A stretch of 61,313 nucleotides of DNA from a virus (taxonomy: Duplodnaviria; Caudoviricetes): IMG/VR virus record IMGVR_UViG_3300046695_000002, positions 1 to 61,313 of that record, one strand, 5' to 3'. Below are positions 1 through 9,813 of this stretch, piece by piece; position 1 is the first letter of the stretch; every line of letters begins with the position of its first letter. Position numbers and translations under genes: made by a program. A model generated the notes under the pieces. That model was not told the origin of the DNA. It ran no database searches and was given only the letters and a program-made list of their open reading frames with translations.

Positions 1-238
1 TTTCTCTCTTATGTTTGAGAACTCTATCTCCCTGATAGGCCTTAGTTCTGTTACATCGGAACAATACTCTTTCTCTCTTATGTTTGAGAACTCTATCTCC
101 CTGATAGGCCTTAGTTCTGTTACATCGGAACAATACTCTTTCTCTCTTATGTTTGAGAACTCTATCTCCCTGATAGGCCTTAGTTCTGTTACATCGTGAG
201 AACTCTTTTATTCCCTATAAGGTATAGTTCTGTTATCT
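1..238. repeat. 69-bp tandem repeat: about 2.8 identical copies plus one degenerate partial copy
   Basis: Unit TTTCTCTCTTATGTTTGAGAACTCTATCTCCCTGATAGGCCTTAGTTCTGTTACATCGGAACAATACTC starts at 1, 70 and 139; a diverged partial copy lies at 197-238. Confidence 0.95.
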
Positions 239-245
239 TTATTCC

Positions 246-644
246 ATGACTCTCACAGAGGATGATCTAGACGTATTCGATAACCAAGATAACTACTTGC
301 CAGTAGCTGTAGCCCCTAGTGTGCAAATTGATCCTGAAATATTGAAGTCCGATCACAAGGATCTTCACTTGCCTAATAATCTTCCTGAAGACATTGAAGG
401 CAGTATTAATAGGACTACCTTTAAACAAGAGATGCAGATTTACGATACACTTTTACATAACTCGATTAACGGTTTTAAATTCGCTACATCCGTTAATTCC
501 TTGACATCTCTTACGAGGAATACATTGATGGTGCTTAAGCAAAGACGCGCTACGATCGAACACGCCATTAAACTAAAAGCCGAGAACGGAGAAAACGATA
601 ATGTCTTGGAGTTTGATGTAATGGGGAATGTTAAAAGGGCTTAG
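246..644 (+). CDS. hypothetical protein (possible terminase small subunit)
   Basis: 132-aa ORF with an acidic N-terminus and helical C-terminus, adjacent to terL; the TerS idea rests only on size and position. Confidence 0.55.
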   Translation: MTLTEDDLDVFDNQDNYLPVAVAPSVQIDPEILKSDHKDLHLPNNLPEDIEGSINRTTFKQEMQIYDTLLHNSINGFKFATSVNSLTSLTRNTLMVLKQRRATIEHAIKLKAENGENDNVLEFDVMGNVKRA

Positions 645-2568
645 AGTTGATTACATACGAATGTAAATCACCAGCAAAGTTAGCTTCCAATGTCAAGCGA
701 TTCTTTTGATCACGCCGTTCAGTGGCAGCTTGACCAGACCAAGCGAGTAATTTGTCCTGACTACGTGCATCCATTCGCTGGGGGGGCCGATTCCACACGG
801 TACCCGGCACGATGCCCAGACGCATCTTTACAACCTGAATTAAAAGAGCTGCTGCATCTGCTTCGTCAGGTGAGTGTGGATTGCCGATGGCAGACATACG
901 CCGCTTGTATTCAAGTTTTGATTCTAGCCTTGATGCTCGCTTCCCTTTGGCTTCTGTATTGATAATGCGCCGCTGAGTTAATTGGTAGCGAGTGGCATCA
1001 TCTAGGTTGGCAATATGCTTTTGCTCTATGTACGATCGTAAGTCATTCCATAAGATATAGGAGTTGAATGGAATGATGTCTGGTGGAGATTTCTTTCTTC
1101 TGTACATATTATGATGCGACATCGAGTAGATTTTTAAAGGTATGCCGAAACCAAGAGGATAACCTTTCATTGAGTTAAGTAGGAAAATAACTTCTCCAAT
1201 AGCCCGGCCTTGACCAGTTACATCAATGGCGAAGTGATCTAGTTGAATCTTATAGTGCATGAGGAGTTTGATTGCTTCTTCGCCTACTTGTCTTTCCATT
1301 GATACGCCATTAATGGCAGAGAGTTTGATTTCATGTGTGTGTTGACCATTACCTAGATCGATTTTTATTTTATTGTCCATTGAGTGGCCGACGACACCCA
1401 TTCTGAATATGCATTTGTCGCCTTCAGTGGAGAAGGCTGGGTCTAGGCCGGCTACTCTGAATAAAGGATAGAAGCCGGACCAATCGACTCTACCGGGCTG
1501 GTAAAAGTCAGTGTCTTCCAGGAAAGCTTCTGTAACAGTTACTTCTTCTAAATTTCTTGATTTCCAGAATCCCAGAACCCATCTGTAAAATTTTTCTGAA
1601 GTAACGCCAAGTTCAGTTTCTTTTTTAGTTAAAGTTTCCTTACCGATTAGGAAGCGAGATAAGATTTTACGCCTCAGAGGATCAGGATCATGTATGGCCG
1701 GTGATTCATAAGGGGAGAAGTAAAGACAAGTCCCATTTTCTTGTGTTGTCCTCCATTGGATTAGGTCCGGCGAAACAGATCCCCAACCGTTGGCTGGAGT
1801 AGACAAGAGGCCATGTAGATCCATAGTTGAGTTTGAATTGCCGATGGCTACTAGCTGAAACTTCTCAGGGTGTGAGTTTAAGTTTGGTAAAGCATTTAAG
1901 ATTGACATTGGCATGTCAGTTGCTTCATCAAGGATCAAGAGAATCTTGTCTTTAGGATGCTTTCCTATCCAAGTAGCAATGGCTTGATCGTTATCTCCTA
2001 CACGGGCCGTAATGGCGAAGATTCCGTGTAGTGTATCGTCTGATATTTTATGCCTAATTTGTACTGCCTCTTCGAATAAGATTCTAGGCGGATTAGAAGA
2101 GAAGTACTTATAAGGCAGAGGAACAGCCATCTCTTTAATGTGGGCTGTTAGATATCCCCATACTCGAGTAAGAAGAGATGCTTGCGTGACAGAAGCGATC
2201 GTTACGTTGCGTTCTTTAGGATTAGCGTACCAGAAGAGGACGGCATAAGAAGCCTCGTCGAACGATTTACTGGCCGATGCTCCAGCCGCAAGCGTGATGT
2301 AATTCCAAGACTCGCAGTGAGTCATGAACCTTCTTTCTGTCCAGTAGTGGAAAACTCGATTTGGCCAAAGAATATCATGAGCTTTTTTAAGGTGTTGATA
2401 CTTGATGGCTGGGTTGTTATGATCTTTAAAGATATTAAGGTGGATTAGGACCGGATGCTGGACTTTTAAGTGCCCTATTTCGTCTTCGTAAGGAGTGACT
2501 ACGACTAGTTGATTACCTACTCTTCTGATATCCCAGCCTTCATCTTGTATTAGAGAAATTAAGTTCAT
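631..2568 (-). CDS. terL: terminase large subunit
   Basis: Walker A-like AAGASASKS, Walker B LILDEA, motif III IGNS, RNase H-like nuclease motifs GLDPAF..GDKC, IDVTG and HSPDEADA. Confidence 0.9.
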   Translation of the reverse strand: MNLISLIQDEGWDIRRVGNQLVVVTPYEDEIGHLKVQHPVLIHLNIFKDHNNPAIKYQHLKKAHDILWPNRVFHYWTERRFMTHCESWNYITLAAGASASKSFDEASYAVLFWYANPKERNVTIASVTQASLLTRVWGYLTAHIKEMAVPLPYKYFSSNPPRILFEEAVQIRHKISDDTLHGIFAITARVGDNDQAIATWIGKHPKDKILLILDEATDMPMSILNALPNLNSHPEKFQLVAIGNSNSTMDLHGLLSTPANGWGSVSPDLIQWRTTQENGTCLYFSPYESPAIHDPDPLRRKILSRFLIGKETLTKKETELGVTSEKFYRWVLGFWKSRNLEEVTVTEAFLEDTDFYQPGRVDWSGFYPLFRVAGLDPAFSTEGDKCIFRMGVVGHSMDNKIKIDLGNGQHTHEIKLSAINGVSMERQVGEEAIKLLMHYKIQLDHFAIDVTGQGRAIGEVIFLLNSMKGYPLGFGIPLKIYSMSHHNMYRRKKSPPDIIPFNSYILWNDLRSYIEQKHIANLDDATRYQLTQRRIINTEAKGKRASRLESKLEYKRRMSAIGNPHSPDEADAAALLIQVVKMRLGIVPGTVWNRPPQRMDARSQDKLLAWSGQAATERRDQKNRLTLEANFAGDLHSYVINSKPF

Positions 2569-2570
2569 AA

Positions 2571-3152
2571 ATGTTCAGCAAGTTCAAACCATTTGAAGGC
2601 CCGAGTGATTTTACCTGGATAGATCCAGATACTGGAACTAAGTTTTCCGAGAGGTCAAAGAAAGACTTAATTGATAGGATAACGGCATATAGGGCGCAGA
2701 ACAATCTTGAAGTTATAGAGTATTTGCCAGTTGTGTTGGAAAACTATTGGTGTTCGTTGCCGCAGAATAAAGGAAAGTGCGTCTCTGCCGAGATAGATAG
2801 AGGCTTTCTGGGATACTTTAGAGGCGGGATTGCGTTACTAAAGCAGATGGCCTACCGGCGATTTGTTTCTCAAGAGACAGCCGACAATCGAGCAGCCATT
2901 TGTTTGAGGTGTCCTCATAACACCTTTCCTAATAAAGAATCTTTCATAAAATGGTCTGACGATATAGCTGAGGCTAGTACTCTAGGAAGGCGGTCTAAGT
3001 TCCATAGCCGATTGGGACAGTGTGATGTGTGCGGGTGCCCTAATAGAGCTAAAGTATGGACTGGCGAGCGAGTGCCTATACATCCTACCTGGGTTGAGCC
3101 AATGCGGGCTGTACATTGCTGGCAATTGAGTATCGGCGACATTAAAGAATAA
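2571..3152 (+). CDS. Cys-rich putative metal-binding protein
   Basis: CLRCPHN and CDVCGC motifs plus C-terminal HCW; lies immediately upstream of the portal. Confidence 0.7.
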   Translation: MFSKFKPFEGPSDFTWIDPDTGTKFSERSKKDLIDRITAYRAQNNLEVIEYLPVVLENYWCSLPQNKGKCVSAEIDRGFLGYFRGGIALLKQMAYRRFVSQETADNRAAICLRCPHNTFPNKESFIKWSDDIAEASTLGRRSKFHSRLGQCDVCGCPNRAKVWTGERVPIHPTWVEPMRAVHCWQLSIGDIKE

Positions 3153-3157
3153 AATCT

Positions 3158-5620
3158 ATGGACGAAACTAGAGCAGTGCCTTTAGGGGGAGCCGGCAATA
3201 ACGTACAGGGCAGAGGCCTGTTAGCTCTAGTGAACGGCGAGCTGAACCCTCCAGACAATATCATCATGACTGTCGAGGCAGCTAGGACCTATCATCGTAA
3301 CTTCCGCCAAGCGCATGTAAAAAGAATTATGTTGATGGCTGCGATCGAAGGCTTGATTGCAGGTAACCCCCCCTATGACCCGGCAGTACTAAAGGCAGCC
3401 GGTTTGTCTCATATAGCTAACGTCAATACGTTAGACGCCAAGGCTATGTACGAAAGAGTGGCGTTGACTTTTTGGAACCTAGTTAATCAAACTGAGAATT
3501 ACGTAGTTTTTGAGATCCACAAGATGAACGATCTTGGCATGGATCATGACTACTCCGGCTGGGCTCAAGTGTTGGCTAAGAATTGGACTAGAGCAGTTAA
3601 AAGGAAATGGAAAGGCTTTATTAAGCAGATGAACATAATGACCGGACAGTTAGTGAAGTTCGGTGTATCACCAGTTGTTTGGTCAGATGAGAGAGACTGT
3701 AGATGGAAGTCAGTAAACTTAAATAAGTTTTATACAGCTGATAGAGCTTGTGTTGATTCCGGCGAGTGGGATTGCATGTGCTTTGAGTCAGTGTTTACTG
3801 TTCAAAGACTGTACGCAATTTATTTGGAAACTAAGAATAAACAAGATTCACCATGGAACAGGGAAGAGTTAGAGAATTTTCTTTTAAAGAAAGCCAATTT
3901 AAGCAGTAAAGGCAGAGATAATAATACCTTTACTGACATGCTTGATTTACAAAAAGCCATTCAGAACCAGTCCTATAATTTTGCCCAGACATTTTCAGAT
4001 TCAGTGTCTTTGGTGTCTTTATTGTACCGGGAGTTTTCAGGAAAAATATCCCATTTTATCTTTGAACCTTTTGGCGATACGAGAGATTTTCTTTGTAAGA
4101 TAGATGAGCAATACGAGAACTTCGAAGAAGCCTTAGTTGTATTTACCTATTCTCCAGGTGAAGAAGAGATTCACGGTAATCGGGGAGTGGGGCATAAGAT
4201 TTATCCGATTTGCCAAGGTGTCATGCAACTTGATTGCCATATGCTAGACGGCGCTAAAATGGCAGCTACTCAAATTATAAGCACGAATGCCACTACTGGC
4301 CGGAACATGGATCCCATCCAAGTTATATCAGGTGTAATAACTGATATCGGCCAGGCTGAGTTGAAGCCCAATACACTAGGGTCAAATTTACCTGGATTAA
4401 TTGAAGTAGCTCAGTATTTCGAAAGTAAAGTAAATAGAAATTCGATTATAGGCGGAGACGATCCTGGAGTACCGGATGGAGATAGGGGCAGTAAGAGTGC
4501 TCCTGAAATTCAAATGCAGTCCATTAAAGAGTTTGGTGTAGGCAAACAAAGTGTGGCTCATTTCTACGAAACGTTTGATGTCGTCTTAGAACAAATGACG
4601 ATAAAGATGATCCATGCCAAGAAAGGCTATCCTTGTTACGACATAGTTAAAGAGTGGAAGAGACTGTGTGAGAAAGACGGTGTACCTACTGAAGTATTCG
4701 ATATTCCCGTAGACACGGCTAATAATGAATTACCTGATCATTTGTCCGTACGGGCAGCCAGGGTAGCCGGAGATGGATCTAATCTTGGTTTAATAATGGG
4801 GTTAAATGGAGTTGCTGGAATTGCTGGAGGATTTCGCCAGAAAGGTCAGTATAACTATAGAAAAGACGTCATTACTTCGCGTCTTGGGGCAGATTACGTA
4901 GATCGTTATCTCTCCGATTCCGCTGAGCCAGATGAATCGGGATCAGGAGCCTCAGTAGCTCATTTAGAAAATCTAGTAATGCGTATGGGCGAGATGCCCC
5001 AAGCCACGCAAGACAATAATCATAAAGTCCATATTGGTTCGCATATGGCCTTTATAAATCAACTGATTCAACAAATTCAAGCTCAGAAAATTGATCCTAT
5101 TGAAGCTGACAAACAACTGTCTGTTGCCATGCCTCATACTGGCGAACATATCGATTTCTTAACTAAAGATATTTTAAATAAATCTTTTATAGAGAAGATT
5201 ACTCCGGCCTGGCGGCAGATAACTAAGTTCGCTCAGTTGAATCGAGTTAAAGCTCAGAAGATGATGCAAGCTGAAGTTAGACGTAGAGCTGACGCCCAGC
5301 AACAAGCAGATGCAGCTACTATTGATCAACAAAGAAAAGATCAAGTAGCTCAAAAAGAACAGCAAAGAAAAGACTTCGAGTCTCAAGCTAAGCAAGATAG
5401 AGCCAAAGAACAATCTCAAACTAAAGCTGACATCATGAAACAGTCAGTTGAAACGAAGGCAGCTAATGAACGGCTGGCTGTTGAATTGAAAGCTCATACT
5501 CAGCAATTAGACGTGATTAAAAAACCTCAAGATATTTTAGCTAATCAGAGTACGGAAAATTTACAGACTAGTTTACAAGATCAAGTAGGGACAACTCCTA
5601 ATCCAGCGGATTTTAAATGA
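3158..5620 (+). CDS. portal protein
   Basis: 820 aa, located between terminase and scaffold/capsid genes; long Q/E/K-rich C-terminal coiled coil as in P22-like portals. Confidence 0.75.
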   Translation: MDETRAVPLGGAGNNVQGRGLLALVNGELNPPDNIIMTVEAARTYHRNFRQAHVKRIMLMAAIEGLIAGNPPYDPAVLKAAGLSHIANVNTLDAKAMYERVALTFWNLVNQTENYVVFEIHKMNDLGMDHDYSGWAQVLAKNWTRAVKRKWKGFIKQMNIMTGQLVKFGVSPVVWSDERDCRWKSVNLNKFYTADRACVDSGEWDCMCFESVFTVQRLYAIYLETKNKQDSPWNREELENFLLKKANLSSKGRDNNTFTDMLDLQKAIQNQSYNFAQTFSDSVSLVSLLYREFSGKISHFIFEPFGDTRDFLCKIDEQYENFEEALVVFTYSPGEEEIHGNRGVGHKIYPICQGVMQLDCHMLDGAKMAATQIISTNATTGRNMDPIQVISGVITDIGQAELKPNTLGSNLPGLIEVAQYFESKVNRNSIIGGDDPGVPDGDRGSKSAPEIQMQSIKEFGVGKQSVAHFYETFDVVLEQMTIKMIHAKKGYPCYDIVKEWKRLCEKDGVPTEVFDIPVDTANNELPDHLSVRAARVAGDGSNLGLIMGLNGVAGIAGGFRQKGQYNYRKDVITSRLGADYVDRYLSDSAEPDESGSGASVAHLENLVMRMGEMPQATQDNNHKVHIGSHMAFINQLIQQIQAQKIDPIEADKQLSVAMPHTGEHIDFLTKDILNKSFIEKITPAWRQITKFAQLNRVKAQKMMQAEVRRRADAQQQADAATIDQQRKDQVAQKEQQRKDFESQAKQDRAKEQSQTKADIMKQSVETKAANERLAVELKAHTQQLDVIKKPQDILANQSTENLQTSLQDQVGTTPNPADFK

Positions 5621-5964
5621 CGATATCAAAAGAAGAATTGAAGAGATGGTTTACTGAAGAAGGTAGGGTAGGGGAATTAAGGACCGGCTTAGAATTCATT
5701 CGCCGATCTGGCGTACTTGATTTACTCAGACGGGCCGGTTTGCCTGTTATTATTAATCAAGGGTCTGATTTAAACGTCATGGCTGGGCAAGCTCATTTCT
5801 CGGCGGGGTATCAGATGGCACTAGATTATCTAGTCAATTTCGAGAAATGGTTTGATACTGATGAAATAAGTGGACTTCTAGGCTCGCCTGATTTTGGAAG
5901 TAAGGAAGAAGCACTTAGGGCCGGTAATTTGAAACCAGAAGATTTTAAAGGTGAATTAACATGA
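5617..5964 (+). CDS. hypothetical head-module protein
   Basis: ATGA overlaps with both the portal and scaffold genes. Confidence 0.7.
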   Translation: MTISKEELKRWFTEEGRVGELRTGLEFIRRSGVLDLLRRAGLPVIINQGSDLNVMAGQAHFSAGYQMALDYLVNFEKWFDTDEISGLLGSPDFGSKEEALRAGNLKPEDFKGELT

Positions 5965-7256
5965 CTATCACGGGCGGTTCTAGTGTCGCCAACATGAGCT
6001 TTATTGCAGATAAGCTGAGTGGCATGGCCAGTCCTTTTGATGCCCCTAAAACGAATGCTGTGCCTCCAGCTCAATCTCAACCTCAAAGCCAGCCCGAAGC
6101 CGCTCCCCGATCTAATCCTTTAATTCAAGGCAATCCTAGCCAAGGCTACGCTGATGCTGTGAAGTCAGTAGATAGACCTAGTATAGAAGTGCCTAGTTTT
6201 CTGGAAGAGGAGCCTAAAGCCCCAGAACCGCCTCCAATCGAAGCTTCCGATCAAGAGCATGACAAGGAACTGCCTTCCGAGGCTTCTATTGAGAACTGGA
6301 ATAAGTTCCGGGAATCTTTAAAAGAACAGCTCAAAGTAAACCGGGAGCTTGAAACTAAGTTTCAAGAGACATCTAAAAAACTAGATAAGTTCGAGAAAGG
6401 TGAAACTGTCCCTGACATCATAAGGGCTAAGGATGAGCGTATTCAGCAGCTGGAACCCTTTGAAAAGATTGTTAGTTTAAAACTTTCACCTGAGTATCAG
6501 GAGAACTTTGTTAAACCAGCTTTAAGCTTGAGAGGCGAGCTTGAGAAGATTGGGCAGGACTATGGTGTGCCTGAAGAGCTCATGCATCAAGCAGTTGGGA
6601 TTGAGAATAGAAAAGAGTTAAATAATTTCTTATCTCAGCATTTTGATGATGTAGGAGGATTAGAGGTAAAGAGGATTGTTACTGAGCTTCAAGATCTAGG
6701 CACTCAAGCCCTAGAAGCCGAGAAAGAACCCGCACAAGCGTTACAGTCTTTAAAAGCGCAGTATCTTGAAAGACAAGAAGAGGAAAAAAGAGAAAGAGCC
6801 CAGACTTTCGAGACGATTGCTAAAGACGCTTGGCAGAATGCTTTGGAGAAAACTAAAGCTGAAGGTGCTTATAAGGAACTAATTCTTCATCCAACGGATA
6901 CTGATTTTAATAAAAAGGTAGTCGAGCCTATTCAGTACCGGGCCTCTGTTCAATACGGGGCCTTGGTCAAGAAACTATCTGAAAATGGGCTAAAGACTTT
7001 ACCCCCTGACTTAGCAGCCGGATTAGCCAGAATGGTTCAGCTATCTATTGGAGGAGCTTTGGTAATGGACGCTAAACGACAAGCTGAGGCTGAACGTAAC
7101 GCCGTGATTCAAAACACAAAAAGAACTAATGGTTATATGCGTCCCACGATTGGAGGGAGTAACGGTTCAGCTCATGAAACTAAAACTCAGGCTCAGCAGC
7201 CTCTTCTAAATCCAAGGACTGCCGCTGAACAAGCCGCTCGGATCTTCAATAAATGA
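5961..7256 (+). CDS. capsid scaffolding protein
   Basis: P/Q/E-rich disordered N-terminus and coiled-coil body; directly precedes the capsid gene. Confidence 0.65.
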   Translation: MTITGGSSVANMSFIADKLSGMASPFDAPKTNAVPPAQSQPQSQPEAAPRSNPLIQGNPSQGYADAVKSVDRPSIEVPSFLEEEPKAPEPPPIEASDQEHDKELPSEASIENWNKFRESLKEQLKVNRELETKFQETSKKLDKFEKGETVPDIIRAKDERIQQLEPFEKIVSLKLSPEYQENFVKPALSLRGELEKIGQDYGVPEELMHQAVGIENRKELNNFLSQHFDDVGGLEVKRIVTELQDLGTQALEAEKEPAQALQSLKAQYLERQEEEKRERAQTFETIAKDAWQNALEKTKAEGAYKELILHPTDTDFNKKVVEPIQYRASVQYGALVKKLSENGLKTLPPDLAAGLARMVQLSIGGALVMDAKRQAEAERNAVIQNTKRTNGYMRPTIGGSNGSAHETKTQAQQPLLNPRTAAEQAARIFNK

Positions 7257-7286
7257 TTGACACTTCTAGGCACATGCGCGAATCAT
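7257..7286 (+). promoter_or_regulatory. sigma70-like promoter for the capsid gene
   Basis: TTGACA (7257-7262), 18-nt spacer, AATCAT (7281-7286) in the intergenic gap. Confidence 0.5.
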
Positions 7287-7433
7287 GGCCTTATCGACAA
7301 AACTCTGCGTCGTTAAACTTGAGTATACAAGGTCATCGCCGGCAGCGTTAAAGCCTCTTGTAGAAAACCAATAAGTTCTTACTAGGGCAAATTCCTATTA
7401 GCCCCGTATTGTGTTTTTCTATTCGAGGCCAAA

Positions 7434-9305
7434 ATGACTTGTATAGCACCGCATGAGGTGAGTGAAGCTTTCATTGCTAATATCCCCCTCATCCAATCCA
7501 CCATTCGAGACATGACTCTTCAATCACCTAACTGGTTTAGGGATATGTATACCCCTACGCCATGGCCGGAGGGTGAAGGTACTTCCATGCAGCAAATTAC
7601 CTTTAGAGGTGAGCTGCCGGAAGTTGAAGAGGGTTTTGATTCATGGGCGACTATTGACGATCCATCAGGCTGTGGAGATGTGTGCGCACCTAACTGCTCC
7701 TACAATATGTACACGATGGGCGGCCATTCGATGCAGTCTAAGCTCACCCGGCTTATGTCGAAGGATCTCAGGACGCCTGATTATTGCGTAGCTGCTATTC
7801 AAAATACCCGGCAATACCGGGAAGTCTTTTCTCAGATAATTCAGAATCTTTATAACCAAATTAATTTCCAGAAAGAGATCAATATTGGTCAGAATTATCT
7901 GACTGGTATTGCCAAGAAATACGTCATGGATTCTGAAGGCTTTAAACCTAATCCTGAAGATCCGTATGCATACCGGCCTAAAGGGACGGCTACACTGTCA
8001 GCTCTTAACATTACTGCGCTTGAGTTTATGTATGAAGTATTGAGGCGTATGCCAGATGTCGTGCCCTACGATATTCAGAATAGCATGGCTGTGTACGCAA
8101 TGGTGGCGTCACCTCAGATGATTGCCAGGATGACTAGGGACGATCCGTCTCTTAGAGCTGATTATCGAGCAGCGGCATCTAGTGGAGGGCAGTATGCCGA
8201 TAATTTGATTAACCGGTATAACTTCACTTCAACTCTTAGGGACATGTTTTTTCCTGTTCCTTATCTATGGCCTAGACGTTTCCGGTACGATTCCGGCAAT
8301 AACAAGTGGGTTAGAATATTGCCTTGGGTTAAAGGAGTACCCGGAACAGTAGGCACATTCGGAGGCATGAATCCGAACTATGAAGACCCGCGAGTTGCGA
8401 CCCATGAAGAAATTTTATTCCATGGCAGAGATCCTTTCTCAGTCTTCTACCAAACCCTTGTCGAATCAATTGGAGAAGGAACGAACTTTGGACCAGAGCC
8501 AGGTGGATTCTGGGACGTGCTTCAGTGGGTTAACCCGCAAACACGAGACGATCCGGGCCGTCGTGAAGGATTTTTCTTCACTACGGCGCGTATTGGCATC
8601 AGCGCCGACAATTCCGAAGGAGTCTTCGGATGGTTAGTGCCGCGTCCGCCAATGCATCTTGGAGTTGCGTTTTACCCCAATCCGATTGCACCACCTGAAA
8701 CTCCGGGAGCTACTACTAACGTTGTACCTGATGTGGGTTGTCCTGTGCCGATCATTGAAAGCTTGACTGCGCATTTAATTACAGCTGGAAGGTACTGGCT
8801 TAAATTGTATGCGCCTGTTGATGCCGCGGCTACGGATACTATTCAACTTGGTCACTCAAATGGTGGCTATGTGAATGCAGTAGTTGTAACTGCAAGTACA
8901 GATAAGACTGTATTTGAAGTTACTATCTCTGGAACATTGCCAGTTTGTGATAGGTGGGTATCTGTGTACACGGGTGAGACGTTAGGGTGTTCGGCTAGAG
9001 TCGAGCATTTCTCCGTTGATCTTGCTGATAACACTAGACTTGACCTTGTACTTGATAGACCAATCAAAGCTGACACTAATGCAGATACGGTAACTTTGAC
9101 TTACGGTGATGGAACGCAAGCTTCAGCGACTGTAGTTGGAACTCCGAATATGCTGACTAACGCCTGGAAGGTAGATATTGGAGGTACAGCATTTAGTAAC
9201 ACTGTCGCTGGTGTTGTTGAAATCTGTGTACCGACTGCAACTGATGCAACTTGTCCTAGCTGTGCAACTGCATTGACTACAGTTACTCAGTGTACGGAAG
9301 CATAA
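7434..9305 (+). CDS. major capsid protein with ~210-aa C-terminal extension
   Basis: Follows the scaffold, has its own promoter and a downstream terminator; ~405-aa core then a Pro-rich linker and beta-rich Cys-containing tail. Confidence 0.8.
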   Translation: MTCIAPHEVSEAFIANIPLIQSTIRDMTLQSPNWFRDMYTPTPWPEGEGTSMQQITFRGELPEVEEGFDSWATIDDPSGCGDVCAPNCSYNMYTMGGHSMQSKLTRLMSKDLRTPDYCVAAIQNTRQYREVFSQIIQNLYNQINFQKEINIGQNYLTGIAKKYVMDSEGFKPNPEDPYAYRPKGTATLSALNITALEFMYEVLRRMPDVVPYDIQNSMAVYAMVASPQMIARMTRDDPSLRADYRAAASSGGQYADNLINRYNFTSTLRDMFFPVPYLWPRRFRYDSGNNKWVRILPWVKGVPGTVGTFGGMNPNYEDPRVATHEEILFHGRDPFSVFYQTLVESIGEGTNFGPEPGGFWDVLQWVNPQTRDDPGRREGFFFTTARIGISADNSEGVFGWLVPRPPMHLGVAFYPNPIAPPETPGATTNVVPDVGCPVPIIESLTAHLITAGRYWLKLYAPVDAAATDTIQLGHSNGGYVNAVVVTASTDKTVFEVTISGTLPVCDRWVSVYTGETLGCSARVEHFSVDLADNTRLDLVLDRPIKADTNADTVTLTYGDGTQASATVVGTPNMLTNAWKVDIGGTAFSNTVAGVVEICVPTATDATCPSCATALTTVTQCTEA

Positions 9306-9312
9306 TTAAAGT

Positions 9313-9349
9313 AAAGTAAGGGGAAGAGAACTTCCCCTGCTTTATCTTT
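9313..9349 (+). terminator. intrinsic terminator after the capsid gene
   Basis: AGGGGAAG-AGAA-CTTCCCCT hairpin followed by GCTTTATCTTT. Confidence 0.65.
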
Positions 9350-9364
9350 CTAGGAGTCACGTAA

Positions 9365-9763
9365 ATGTTACTGATAAATGAAGGCTTTACTTATGCCTAT
9401 GAAGGCAGCCAAAGCATTGGAGGAGATACGACTGTGGCGGATCAAGGAGTCTTGGGAAGAATAAAAGGTACTTACAACGGATCTAACCAGTCTGTTGTAG
9501 CAGCCCCAGGCGCCGGCAAGAAGATCGTCGTTAAGGCGCTTGTCATTTCAGTTGAAGATGCCGGAACTGATGTTCAGTTTAACAGCCGGACAGGAACGAC
9601 TAATACACTTGTAGGACCCAACTTAGATTTTGCTGCTAATAACTTAGCTGTTTTACCGTACACTAGTGATGGTTGGTTTGAGACATTGGCTAATCAAGCT
9701 CTGGTTATTACGTCAACTGGAAATACAGATCTACTGGGGACGTATCGGGTTGTGAATGCCTAG
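9365..9763 (+). CDS. small beta-sandwich virion/decoration-like protein
   Basis: Strong RBS AGGAG; paralogous to 9814-10197 and 45513-45905. Confidence 0.75.
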   Translation: MLLINEGFTYAYEGSQSIGGDTTVADQGVLGRIKGTYNGSNQSVVAAPGAGKKIVVKALVISVEDAGTDVQFNSRTGTTNTLVGPNLDFAANNLAVLPYTSDGWFETLANQALVITSTGNTDLLGTYRVVNA

Positions 9764-9813
9764 AGTGCAGGGAGAGAGCCCGGCTCCTTTAGATTTTTAT
9801 GCATGAGGGCGGT

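Noticed and set aside
1-196. CRISPR array, or the 62-aa ORF at 11-199
   Set aside because: Units are identical end to end with no variable spacers and no cas genes; the ORF is a by-product of a stop-free 69-bp (3n) period
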